Shown here one piece after another: positions 13,345-28,178 of a stretch of 64,000 nt of DNA. Source of the stretch: Eledone cirrhosa (taxonomy: Eukaryota); contig OZ024754.1 in assembly GCA_964016885.1 (NCBI GenBank), positions 15,004,001 to 15,068,000 on the forward strand. The letters are read 5' to 3'. The notes under the pieces were generated by a model. It worked only from the letters and a program-made list of their open reading frames with translations, had not been told where the DNA came from and did not search any database. Positions within the stretch are counted from its first letter, which is position 1; every line of letters begins with the position of its first letter. A program made the translations under genes and the position numbers.

Positions 13345-15065
13345 ATAATAATAAATTTGAAGACTAAAATCCAAAGAGGGCTCGATAAGGATAAATATAT
13401 ATCAAATATATAAGAACCGTAGAGCAAATATTTATTAAAATAACAGATTAAATTTAAGCAAAGAATCGCTGCTTTCACCCTTAACGGGATCTTCTGAAAC
13501 TAAAAAAATCAATCTGGGAACGCAGAAGTAAATATTTCGAAAAACGTTGCAACCGAAGGAAGACAGGAAGACGAATCTTTGGTTCGTGGAAACGTTCGCT
13601 GGCAAAGAACGAAAAAAAACGAAGATAACACGTCATTATTTGGAGCGGTGAAAACAATTACACGCAAAGACAAAACCACGCATATGGTATAAATGAAGTC
13701 GTAGACTAATATTTTTTTAGATGGTTCGTGGAGACGTTCTCTGGCAATGAACGGAAAAAAACGAAAATAATACGTCATTATGTGGAGCGCAGAGAACAAT
13801 TACACGCAAAGACAAAACCAAGTTAATGGTATAACTGAAGTCGTAGACTAAAATTCTATTTAGGAAACCGAATGATTCTCGGCTTCAGAGTTAAGAATAA
13901 TGTAAATAAATTACAGAGGTAATTGAAATCAACAAAAATTAAATATATACATGCACGCATCCATATACGTACATACACATGCATACGCGAAAACACCCGC
14001 CATGGGTATGCAAATACAAGCACGTACACAAAAAAACACGCACGCACATACAGAACCCACGCAACGCCTGTACCCGCACACATACGAACGTAACACATAA
14101 AAATATATTTTACGTCTTGATGTGGTAGCTAAGTATATGTTATGTTTATACCATTACTTATTTGTATAGGTAAGTATATATTACCTGTATGTTTTGTGAA
14201 GAAACGTATACTTTCTCGTACGTATATTTGCTTGTATATGTTATAGGCGTATATATTATATTATATATACTGGTACATGTGCATATGGTTTTGTGTAAAC
14301 GTGAGTTTTGATTCTGTGTGAGTATGCGGGTTCGTACGTATGTAGGGTGTGTGTATATGTGTACTTTGTGTTTTAGTTGACGTACGTTTAGCGTACATAT
14401 GTGTATTTACATGTAGGTATGTGTGTGAGCGCGTTATATACGTATTTATGTGTGTATATTTATATACGTTTATATAATTATATGTATACACACACACACA
14501 CATATATATATATTTTTTATATATATTTTTATGTGTATTTGGTGTATACGTTCGTATGTCTGCGGGTACAGGCGTTGCGTGGGTTCTGTATGTGCGTGCG
14601 TGTTTTTTGTGTACGTGCTTGTATTTGCATCCCCATGGCGGGGGTTTTCGCGTATGCATGTGTATGTACGTATATAGATGCGTGCATGTATATATTTAAT
14701 TTTTGCTGATTTCAATTACGTCTGAAATTTATTTACATTATTCTTAACACTGCAGCCGAGAATCATTCGGTTTCCTAAATAGAATGTTAGTCTATGACTT
14801 CAGTTATACCATAGACGAGGTTTTGTCTTTGCGAGTAATCGTTTTCACCGCTCCTAATTATGACGTATTATCTTCGTTTTTTCCGTTCTTTGCCAGGGAA
14901 CGTTTCTACGAACCAAAGTATCGTCTTCCTGTCTTCCTTCGGTTGTAACGTTTTTCAAAATATTTACTTCTGCGTTCCCAGATTGATTTTTTAGTTTCAG
15001 AAGATCCCGTTAAGGGTGAAAGCAGCGATTCTTTGCTTAAACTTTAATCTGTTATTTTAATAAAT
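13345..15065. mobile_element. Non-coding inverted pair of the same PLE 3' UTR/pLTR (minus 13345-14100, plus 14103-15065)
   Basis: Long imperfect inverted repeat homologous to 37716-38705; flanked by (TA)n; more pieces at 35438-35560, 36091-36336, 51258-51447, 57110-57277. Confidence 0.85.
14979..15051 (+). ncRNA. Variant hammerhead (core CAGAAGA)
   Basis: CAGAUUGA..AGUUU CAGAAGA UCCC guuaa GGGU GAAAGCA gcgauucuu UGCU U AAACU UUAAUCUG; copies at 13444-13516(-), 35448-35527(-), 36251-36324(+), 37727-37800(-), 57121-57194(-). Confidence 0.65.
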
Positions 15066-15067
15066 AA

Positions 15068-15105
<38 letters not shown>

Positions 15106-15306
15106 GTGAGGTGTTTTTACAAAATGAAAAATAACTGAGGTGTCCTACACGAGTGAAAGTATAAAGAAAAAAGATGAAATCCAAAATGCAACTGGAGTCT
15201 TATTTAAAAAAAAATATATATATATTTATTTGGTTCCTTCACCTGTTTCGCAGTTCTTCTGCTTTTCAAAAGTAGAGTTGAGATGGAGGGTCTGTGGAAA
15301 AACCAC

Positions 15307-15339
<33 letters not shown>

Positions 15340-15375
15340 ATATAAGATCAAAAGAGGTTAAAAGAGTTCCAAGTA

Positions 15376-15442
15376 TTTTATTATGCGCATTTCAAAAACA
15401 AATATCATCATGGGATGATATCTGCGCTTTCATCAGATAAAA
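15376..15442 (-). ncRNA. Hammerhead ribozyme with long stem II; same family at 61500-61568(-) and 61697-61765(+)
   Basis: UUUUAU CUGAUGA [AAGCGCAGAUAUCAUC..GAUGAUAUUUGUUUUU] GAAAU GCGC AUA AUAAAA. Confidence 0.72.
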
Positions 15443-15878
15443 TAGGGATATATGATATGAAGCTTAAAAACACTTGTGAATAGTGAAGTTTTAAATCAAC
15501 ATATGAAAAATAATTTAAGATTGATGTATGAGATTGGGAAAAAGTGAGGTGGGGTTGGAAAAGGTAAGGAAGAGGAGGAGATGAGAGTAAAGAATGGTGG
15601 GGGAGGAGTATAAGAAGGAAGGATGAGAGAGGAGGAGAGATGGGTGATAGAGAGAGAGATAGCCTTTACAACTGAGAAAAAAAATATTGTCTCACAGAGA
15701 AGTTAAAAAGCCGTTGGAAAATAATAGATAATTTAAAAGAATTTGAAATTAAAAGTTAATGAGGTTTATGCATGAAGAGAAAAAGGGATTAAGAATAATA
15801 TTAAATTAAGGTTTGTATATTGAAGGGTTTAATAATATGTGCGAGGAAAAGAAATTATTAATATGTATTATTAAAATA

Positions 15879-15909
<31 letters not shown>

Positions 15910-16345
15910 TATAAATATTAATAAAATAGATGTTCTTTTGATCAATTACATTTTATTATACATATTTCGGATGTACAACAGTACGTCCTCATCAGACAAA
16001 ATATAATGATATATGACCTACCCTGAGATCTTAAATGGTTAAGATTTAATCAAGGTAGTGATTAACCTAAAAGAAAATTTATCATATATACCCTAATTAT
16101 GAGAAAGTGCGGAAACGTAATAAATTCAATAGAGAATGTGTGAGTAAGAAAAACGTTGCTTAATGTAACTGTTATATATCTTCCTATACATAAGTTTTAG
16201 TTAATTTCTAAGTTAACTAAAACTTATGTATAGGAAGATATAGGGAGGTTAATAGATATATATTAGGTATTAGTGGTGCAGTATACTTTAGGTAAATGAT
16301 AACGGTTATAATTTTATAAAATAGAGTTCAACGTGTTACATTTAA

Positions 16346-16400
<55 letters not shown>

Positions 16401-17591
16401 AAAAACAATAAGTGCATGGATAATTCAGAGTTAAAAGTAATGTCTAAAATAATTTTTAGTTTGGAAATTTTCTCTATATTTGAATAATGTATATAGAAAT
16501 GTGGTAGGTATATTTAAAAATATTAAAAAATATATAAAATATAATATATAATTACATACATATTATAATACATTATATTATAAATAAGAGATCAAAAACG
16601 CACTAAAAATTCACATGTATATATAAGTTTGAATCTGTTTTAAATTTTAGATTTTAAAGTGCAGTCGGTATATTTTAAAATATATAAATATACTATATTA
16701 TATTATACTATAAATAAGAGATCAAAAACTGGTATACTACACCACTAATACCTAAATATATATATATTAACCTCCCTATATCTTCCTATACATAAGTTTT
16801 AGTTAACTTCTAAATTTCTTGATTATGTACACTCTGAACTAAGAATAATTAACGTATTTACACCCTGTTATATATAGGTGTATATTTAACAGTAACATGC
16901 CTCAATCTATTATTTTATTTTTATTTTCGTTATTATTTACCTAAAATATACTGACTCATTAATATATATCTATATACATAATCGTTATTTCTAACAATAA
17001 GTACTTCAAAAGCTTTACATACCTAATATGTTGGTATCTTCGTTAAAGTTTGAATTTAGGAAAATAATCAACAGTATAAAACTTTCATTCTTGATGTGCC
17101 AGCTAAATCATTTAAATGTTACCCTCATAAAACTCAGAAGTTTAGAAATGTTAACACACTTATAGAATTTATAACACTAATATATAAATAACCAGCAAAT
17201 AAATCCTGAAATCTTGAATCTTCACCCTAATATTATAAATTAAATATTTTCAAAATTAACCGTTTAACTTTCGGGAAAAATCTCCTTCTGTATATATCAC
17301 CCCCCCCCCCCCCATCTTTCCCTCTTTATAAATCCTTTTCCAGGGGCTATCATTGGCTGTTATGATTCATGAGATGTTTTCCTAGATATATTGTAATATC
17401 ATACATTTTAAAATCTCTATAACAGTTACATTAAGCAACGTTTTTCTTACTCACACATTCTCTATTGAATTTATTACGTTTCCGCACTTTCTCATAATTA
17501 GGGTATATATGTTAAATTTTCTCTTAGGTTAAACACTACCTTGATTAAATCTTAACCATTTAACATCTCAGGTTATGTCATGTATCATTAT

Positions 17592-17644
17592 ATTTTGTCT
17601 GATGAGGACGTACTGTTGTACATCCGAAATATGTATAATAAAAT
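17592..17644 (+). ncRNA. Hammerhead ribozyme; inverted twin at 15949-16001
   Basis: AUUUUGU CUGAUGA GGAcGUAC uguu GUACaUCC GAAAU augu AUA AUAAAAU; in the arms of inverted-repeat element 15903-17695. Confidence 0.75.
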
Positions 17645-18461
17645 GTAATTGATCAAAAGAACATCTATTTTATTAATATTTATATTTTAATATTAATAAC
17701 TCCGGAAAATCATTTTACCGCAGAGTGCTTCCAATCTACTGTAAAACTCATTCTTTGACATACTCATTGAATATTGTTTAACACTTTAATATATATATAT
17801 ATATATATATATATTTAATTATTTATATAAGTGATATTTCGTAAGTAGTTTATAATTTTGTATCATATGCAATTCTTCACTGCTACAAACGAATATCGAT
17901 TGGCTTTAAGTGTATATGTGCATGCACGCACACGCACACACGCACGCACACCACACACAACACACACAACACACACATATATATCTGTGTATGTATGTGA
18001 TGAAACAAAACAAAAAACAACAAAACGGAATATGATAAAAATAAAAATTACTGTGAGGTCAAGCAGCAGTCGCAAAAGATATTCGTGACGTTTCGGACAA
18101 TCTAGTTCTTCGGTAAACTGATGGTGAAGTAAAGAGCGGGGGAAAAAAAGAAATAATATGAATGAAAAGCATAAATGGAGAACCCATGTGTTATGCGATT
18201 TTGCGTGATACCCTTTGACTGACCGGAAGTCGCAGTGATGTGTTCAAAGTGAAGAATGGGGGAGAAGATATTGTATACATGTGTGTTTGGTTTTTCTCCC
18301 CCCGCCCAAAAAAAAACGAAGGACTACTTCAAATGTTTACTCGATACATCATAGTGGAGAATATATATGTATATGTATGTATATATGTATGTGTGCGTGC
18401 GTTTGTGTGTGCGTGTGTGTATCTTCACTATGAGCATCCCCTCACGAAGCGAAACAAGGAT

Positions 18462-18749
<288 letters not shown>

Positions 18750-18948
18750 ACGAAGGAAATGTGGTAAGGAACAAGATGGACCATAACGCGGCAGAGTACT
18801 CAATATTTAGGGTAGTAGAGTGGGTAATAGGAACAAGTATGACCCCGACGGCAGAGCTCAAGACGTTTCGACGGCTAATTCTGGACTCGAGTCCAGAATT
18901 AGCCGTCGAAACGGCTTGAGCTCTGCCGTCAGGGTCATACATGTTCCT

Positions 18949-19133
18949 ATATATATATGTATATATATGTATATATGTATATATGTATATGTATATATGT
19001 ATATGTATATATGTATATATGTATATATATATATGTATATATATATATATGTATATATATATATGTATATATTATATATATATATATATATTATATATAT
19101 GTATATATATATATATATATATAAATATATATG

Positions 19134-19228
<95 letters not shown>

Positions 19229-19273
19229 TGTATATATTATATATATGCATATATATATATATAAATATATATG

Positions 19274-19307
<34 letters not shown>

Positions 19308-19426
19308 AATATGTATATATATATATGTATATATGTATATATATATATATGTATATATGTATATATATATATATATATACATATGTGTATATATATATAC
19401 ATATATGTGTATATATATAAATAAAC

Positions 19427-19459
<33 letters not shown>

Positions 19460-19551
19460 AATATACATATATATATATATATTTACATATATATATCTAT
19501 TTATATATACATATATATATAAATATACACATATATATATATTTACACACA

Positions 19552-19585
<34 letters not shown>

Positions 19586-19605
19586 CATATATATATATAC
19601 ATATA

Positions 19606-19680
<75 letters not shown>

Positions 19681-19695
19681 TTATAGATATGTATA

Positions 19696-19726
<31 letters not shown>

Positions 19727-19736
19727 ATATGTATAA

Positions 19737-19823
<87 letters not shown>

Positions 19824-19976
19824 CATATATATACATATACATATATATATACATATATACATATATACATATATATATATATATACATATATATATACAT
19901 ATATATATATATATACATTTATATACATATATATATATACATATATATACATATATATATACATATATATACAGAC

Positions 19977-20043
<67 letters not shown>

Positions 20044-20324
20044 TATATACATATATATATACATATATATATATACATATATATACATATATATATATAT
20101 ACATATATATATACATTTATATACATATACATATACATATATATATATACATATATATATACATATACATATACATATATATATATACATATACATATAT
20201 ATATACATATATACATATATACATATATACATATATATATATACATATATATATACATATATATATATATACATTTATATACATATATATATACATATAT
20301 ATACATATATATATACATATATAT

Positions 20325-20365
<41 letters not shown>

Positions 20366-20710
20366 TATATACATATATATATACATATATATATACATAT
20401 ATATACATATATATATATATATACATATATATTACATTTATATACATATATATATACATATATATACATATATATATATACATATATATACATATATATA
20501 TATATATACATATATATACATATATATATACATATATATATATACATATATATATACATATATATATAGATATATATACATATATATATATATATACATA
20601 TATATATACATATATATAGAACATATATATACATATATATACATATATATATACATATATTATATACATATATATATACATATATATCCACATATATATA
20701 TATATATTAT
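18949..20710. repeat. Long degenerate (TA)n tract; similar tracts at 21100-21598, 27003-28178, 36336-37715, 44139-45033, 48288-49079
   Basis: Direct reading; (TA)n with interspersed TG/CA. Confidence 0.95.
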
Positions 20711-21133
20711 ATTTTTATTTTAAACTCTAAATATAATATAATATTACTGCTCCTTCGATAGAGCTAATTTTTAATCCCATATAAACGGCTGTTATTTCTA
20801 GCGCCATGAATATGAGATAGCTAGAGAGCTGGAAAAACTGAGTGCAAAACCTCGTGCATTTTGTGTTCGTAAACCAGACCTTCAAAATTTTTTCGAGGTG
20901 AATTAACCTAATTTTTCTAGGTACCTGTTGATAAGCACAGAAAATTGATTATTTCATTTTTTATACCATCGTTTGCGAAACTTGTTTGGATTTTGAAATT
21001 CAGATTGATCTGCGGAAAAGGTTTGAATTTTGAAATTTAAATTTGTCCAGGTACCACGGCTATTTGCCAATATGAGTTTGTGTATATTGATTTATTATTT
21101 TAAATATATATACATATATACATATATATACAT

Positions 21134-21192
<59 letters not shown>

Positions 21193-21193
21193 A

Positions 21194-21298
<105 letters not shown>

Positions 21299-21311
21299 AA
21301 TATATATATAA

Positions 21312-21450
<139 letters not shown>

Positions 21451-21453
21451 AAT

Positions 21454-21505
<52 letters not shown>

Positions 21506-21513
21506 ATATATAT

Positions 21514-21596
<83 letters not shown>

Positions 21597-21828
21597 TACG
21601 GGATAACAGGTTGTCGTTATAGGCAATCCACTTAGTGGTAGCCCAGTTAGTTAGAGTACTCTGTGTTGTGGATGGTATTAACGTATGGCTTAGTTTGACT
21701 CAACAAGACGTTTCCACAGTGATGCTGCGAGTTCGCGGTGATTTCTATGAAGTTTATACTTGGAGTAATAATAATTCAAGAAAGAAGAGTGACATGGTTG
21801 GCTATACAATAAGGGCTTTATTCACATT

Positions 21829-21935
21829 GCTGACAATTGTTTCTTTGATCTGTAGGTCTACAGTTCGCTACTCGCTTGATGTTGCGTCAATCGATCTCCA
21901 ATACTTTGTTTATAATCAGTCGTTTTCATCAGAGC
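21829..21935 (-). ncRNA. Hammerhead motif in PLE pLTR with large stem II insertion
   Basis: GCU CUGAUGA...about 80 nt...GAAAC AAUU GUC AGC. Confidence 0.55.
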
Positions 21936-22921
21936 GTGCGAAAGTGAGAAAGATACTCAAGGCATGGCTTTTATAGAGGAGTGGTATTAAACCAGAACAA
22001 TAATATCAATAATAAAATAACTAGAAACTGAATAGTTAAAATAATAACATCAATTTAAGTAAGAAATAGAGTATAATGATGAATCTAGCATATTAAACGA
22101 ACTGATATGATACAGATCAGATGTATGAAATTGACCTGTGAATACTGCTATAGGGTACATTAGATGTAGTGTTAAGGTGGTGAAGAGATAACTGATAAAA
22201 TGTCCTTGGAGTCAGGATTTAGGAGGTATATGCGTGTGCCGTAGGTCTGAAAGCACACTGGCAATAAACCGGAGATTTATTTATTGTTTGACAGATAAGT
22301 ATTTTCGTTGTATTAATTTAGTAAGAATGATAGGGTGGGTGCATAGAGCTATATAGTTTTAAGTGAAATTGTAGATTCGGTATTTAAGTGGCCTATTCTA
22401 AAAGTTGGGATTGTTAGTTCGAATCATGGGGGTTTAGTTTTCACAACATCAATAACAAATAGTGTATAAATAAGACAATAATAACAACAATAATAGAGAC
22501 AATGAAAGTAATAAAATAATAAAATATACAAGGTAAATAGAGAGAACATGATGAATAAAATTAGGGATACATTGAGATGATCATAATAATAATAAGAGGA
22601 AAATAAGATTTCAAGGAGTGTAGGAGTAATAAGATAATGTACTTAGAATTAAGTTCATCTGTTAGAGATCATGAGTGCTAATGTGAGATACGTAGATATA
22701 ATTGTTTGGTCCAAAGGAGTAAACAACAGCAAAGATGGGATTGATTTATGGGCTGACAAGATAGTTGTAGACATTACTGACCCATCCTAGTGGTATAGAT
22801 TTAGGGAGGCTAGAAGGGGTTTATAGAAGATTATGGTTCTGAAATGGGCTGTGTGAGAATGTGGATTTCATATGTTAAATGCTAGGTGATTTTCCCTTAA
22901 TATAGGGGATGCTGGTTCGAA

Positions 22922-24928
22922 TCACGGTGGTTTAAATCTCGCTAATTTTGTAGCAATCCTATGTCTGCAGAAAATTGACCTTTCTATTTTGCTGTTGAGT
23001 AGCATTTTATCGTTCCTTAAGATATGTAGCAATTCAAGGTTGCAGAGCCCGCAATGGGACAGACCGCTGCTATAGGCCTTTGCGGCCGCTAATTTCGACC
23101 AGCTAATATTGTAATCAAAGTTTTTGTCCTTAAGTTGCCAGATTTTATTGGCGAGGGTTGTAGAATTTACCAGTGCACGGTTCTTCATTGAATGTCTGTG
23201 CACATACCACCCTTTTTTTAAAACACCCGCGGTGGATCCAATGTAGTGCCATGTGGAGTTGCCCGAGTTTACAGTACACATGTACACTAGAATCAAGGCA
23301 CCTATTCGTTTTGGGCACTTATCTGGTAGGTGACAATTGCAGTTTGAAGTAATATTCCGTGCAGCTTTCACATTGCGGTTTTGCAAAGTGTTATATGTGG
23401 GTTGTGATTCATGCCTATTGAAGTTTTGCCGTGGTGTGTTCATGTGCATTTGTCGTTGTGATATAGTAATGTGTTTGTGTTTAGTGTTTGGTGCTATGTT
23501 GCGTATAGGTGGGATAGTTTTCTTAGAGGTATTCTTGTGGTTGATCTTGCGTATGTGCGATTCAATGTTGGCAGCAGTAGAGTATGAAAGTTTTATAGTT
23601 TTTCTATTGAAGATTTTATGATATCTATGCGATGTAGGGAAGTATTTATCTATTAGTTTAAAAAACGTGAAAGGCAGTTTAGTTCTTATAGAGGAGTTGA
23701 AGATCGGATTAAACCATAAGTAATTTCTTTCTCTAGTTCTTCTATAGTTTCTAGGGTTTCCATTATTCGTGTTCAGTCCTCCTACTCTAGGTGCTACTTG
23801 CCTAGTTCTAAGTCTAGTCCAGTTACCTTTATCTTTGTATGAGCGGTTGGTGTTGGTGTTAATGGGTTTGTTTGGGTTGTCCTTATCTGTTATAAACTGC
23901 AGCTTTTCTTTGTGTCCAGCCCTATGTAATGCTGCGTTATAATAATTAGCATGTTCATTAAAAATGTCTTGGTTTGAGGATAGGCGGGATATTCTAAGGG
24001 ATATACTACGTGCTATCGAGTTAATTATGGATCGGGGGTGGTTTGAGTTATAACTAATGTAGGCTAGATTCTCATTATTTTTGTGGAAGGGTTCTATTAA
24101 TCCCGTGTTTAGGTTTAGAGTTACATCTAGAAAGTTTGCCTTTTTAGAATTCAGTTCGTAAGTAATATCTAGGCCTAGTTTTTTTAAGAATGTTCTAATG
24201 TTTTTTCGTAATCTTTCCATGCTCTGGTTATTTAAGTTCCTAGCTATAAGGAGCATGTCATCTCTATAAATTCCTCCTTGGAGGTTATTAAATTATTTAT
24301 GTAGGTTGTGTGTTATAAATATCCCCACAACATCCGTTATTTGCGCTGAGTCGTTCGATCCCATTGTGATATCGAAGCTATTCATCCTATTTTTTCTTTC
24401 CCAGTAGCTATTTTCAAATTTTATGATAGTCCTTCTAGCAGCTAGTATTATTTTAATTTCATCTGAGGTAAGGTCTGAGTTATTTTGGGCAAATATTAGC
24501 GCTTTATCTAGGGTGACTGGGGATATGGATGCGTAGTAATCATTTATGTCAAATTGTATGAAGTTGTATGTTTCCCTATTTCTTATTCTATTGAACCATT
24601 CTATTGCTTCGTTAGTGTTACCCCATAAATTGATTTCTAGTTTTCCCTTAATTTGTGCGATTACCCTATCTAGAATGTTCTTACTAATTTTACCGATATC
24701 CGACTTGGATGGGCATATTAATCTAATAGTAGGGTTTGTTTCAAAATTATTTTTGTAATCTTTAAGGTTAAATGTAGGGTTGCATGGGGTTAGAGGTTCG
24801 GTTCTATCGGATATTTTCAGTTTTTTTACTATTCTTATACCTTCCTTATTAATGCTAGTGAGTGTAGATTCATTTGTTTTTTTGTGCAGTTCACGTCGAA
24901 TGAAATTATTGTATGTATTAAGGTCCAT
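22922..24928 (-). pseudogene. PLE reverse transcriptase plus GIY-YIG endonuclease, one in-frame TAA
   Basis: FIQFDINDYYASI, DITMGSNDSAQ, GGIYRDD, NFLDVTLNL, CNCx5C, VY..YIG, CGLCNLE, CRH; the two ORFs are in frame, separated by the stop at 24293-24295. Confidence 0.9.
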
Positions 24929-25580
24929 AGAACTCTAGACCTACCAGATCAAAGAAACAATTGTCAGCAATGTGAATAAAGCACTTATTGTATAGCCAAC
25001 CATGTCACTCTTCTTTCTTGAATTATATAAAATTTTAGTAAGTAAGTTAATTTTTAATTTTTAAAATTTTCTTATTTTACGTATTTCATATAATTGTTCT
25101 GCATCCCCCTGCATAGAACCACCTAGGTACTATGACATAACTTATGTATTTGCTAGCATTAGTGTACATCTGTACGCATATGTTGGTAAATATACTGTTT
25201 CTCTCTCTCTATATATATATATATATGGCGGGGTGGGTTGTGTTGTGTACATATATTTGAATTTATGTACCTGTGTCATTTCCGTACATATTTTATCCAT
25301 ATTTCATATTGCCACCAATTATTTTTTTTATTCAATGCTTATACTTTAGCGTGATCATTCGTTGGTTTTCTTCAAATTTACCTTCAGGATGTGTTTAACT
25401 CTGTGTATGCCATGCCTGTTGGATAGCTGTTAATGTCACAGTCATCGTTTTAAACGAAAGTTCCTTTCACTCAATTCTTGTATGCATGTATGTATGTATG
25501 TATGTATGTATGTATGTATGTATGTATGTATGTATGTATGTATGTATGTATGTATGTATGTATGTATGTATGCATGTATG

Positions 25581-25614
<34 letters not shown>

Positions 25615-25656
25615 TGTATGTATGTATGCATGCATGTATATATGTATGTATGTATG

Positions 25657-25810
<154 letters not shown>

Positions 25811-26891
25811 GAAGAGATACTTAATTTGTTGGAAATCCAACAAATATAGATATTTATAACTGATTCAGAGAACTCGACAAGTTTCTGGAGTAAGTATTCA
25901 ATGATATTAAATAAATGGAAACTATATTTATAAAACTATATTTATTCTATTATATATATTTCAAGGGTACCAAAAATCGGAGTTATCTTTCCCTTTTTTA
26001 ATCATAAAAACTTTTTATACATAACTCCGTTAATTTAAACCTTATCAATTGTAACTACCTATTTATTTACATAAAATCAACATCCCTAGTAACTTATGTT
26101 ATGAACAACCATCTATTTATTTTTTATTTATAAATCAACATCCCTCGTAACTCATATTATAAACAAACTATCCTTTTAATAAAAAAAAAACATATGTTAT
26201 TATTAAAATATATATAGATATTTATATATTATTATAACATAAATAATTCTCCATATAAATATAGACAAATGTCTGAATATATTTCCCCTAAATTAAAGTT
26301 TATGTGGTCTTCCTTTTCCTTCTTCTTACCTTCCTTCATCTTTAACAATTTTTGTTTGATAATTTATATAGCTTCGTTAAATTAACAATATTCTAAAAAC
26401 ATTCTCAATGTTGAAAGATTTTTGAATCCACAAATTATTCTAATCTCACAACTTGAAAATAAAATTTCAACATCCCTCGTAACTCATATTTGTTTATATA
26501 AACAATCAATACATATGCAACTTATTAATATATATATAGATATTTATATACATATAACCTATCCTAATGTAATAAGATAAAAAATACTTACAACCATAAG
26601 TCTTCATATAATTTATATACAATATTATAACTCATAATATAGGTAACAATTTTTTCCCCCAAATTAAAATTATTCCTTTCTCTTTCTCTTCCTTATCATA
26701 ATTATTTAAATTTTCCATAGCATCTAAAATAATGTTTTTTTCAGCCCTTTAATATAAACATCATTTGCATACTCATATTAATAATTTTAAATATCTGACT
26801 TTACTTCTCGCTTCCCTTCACTTTCCAGAGAGAACTTGAACCGTTAAGGTATATTATCCTTGGTCATGTCAAATATTTATAAAAAATTTTG

Positions 26892-26961
26892 TATTTTATC
26901 TGATGATAGCGTACCAACATTTTTGGTACCCTTGAAATATATATAAATATATAATAGAATA
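26892..26961 (+). ncRNA. Hammerhead ribozyme candidate at the end of a non-coding element (25905-27003) with inverted 3' copy
   Basis: CUGAUGA UAGcGUACCAA..UUGGUACcCUU GAAAU AUAU AUA; 25905-25975 is an inverted copy of the 3' part. Confidence 0.6.
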
Positions 26962-27000
26962 AATATGGTTTTATAAATATAGTTTCCATTTATTTAATAT

Positions 27001-27075
<75 letters not shown>

Positions 27076-27082
27076 CATACAT

Positions 27083-27137
<55 letters not shown>

Positions 27138-27148
27138 CATATATATAT

Positions 27149-27197
<49 letters not shown>

Positions 27198-27208
27198 CAT
27201 ATATATAT

Positions 27209-27265
<57 letters not shown>

Positions 27266-27280
27266 CATACATATATATAT

Positions 27281-27321
<41 letters not shown>

Positions 27322-27330
27322 TATATATAC

Positions 27331-27413
<83 letters not shown>

Positions 27414-27414
27414 C

Positions 27415-27527
<113 letters not shown>

Positions 27528-27538
27528 CATGTATATAC

Positions 27539-27597
<59 letters not shown>

Positions 27598-27753
27598 CAT
27601 GTATATACATATATATATATATATACATACATGTATATACATATATATATATATATACATACATTTATATACATATATATATATATATATATACATACAT
27701 TTATATACATATATATATATTTATATATATATATATTTATATACATATATATA

Positions 27754-27803
<50 letters not shown>

Positions 27804-27843
27804 CATATATATATATATATTTATATACATATATATATATATT

Positions 27844-27963
<120 letters not shown>

Positions 27964-28001
27964 CATTTATATACATATATATATATATATATACATACAT
28001 T

Positions 28002-28040
<39 letters not shown>

Positions 28041-28060
28041 TTATATATATATATACATAC

Positions 28061-28105
<45 letters not shown>

Positions 28106-28109
28106 CATT

Positions 28110-28141
<32 letters not shown>

Positions 28142-28145
28142 CATT

Positions 28146-28178
<33 letters not shown>

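Larger units (their letters stand above)
21600..25026 (-). mobile_element. Penelope-like retroelement (Naiad-type), 5'-truncated, with 3' pLTR and tail plus an inverted pLTR piece
   Basis: RT and GIY-YIG ORFs at 22922-24928; HHR-bearing pLTR at about 21600-21960; 24930-25026 is an inverted copy of about 21770-21868; ends at (TA)n. Confidence 0.9.
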
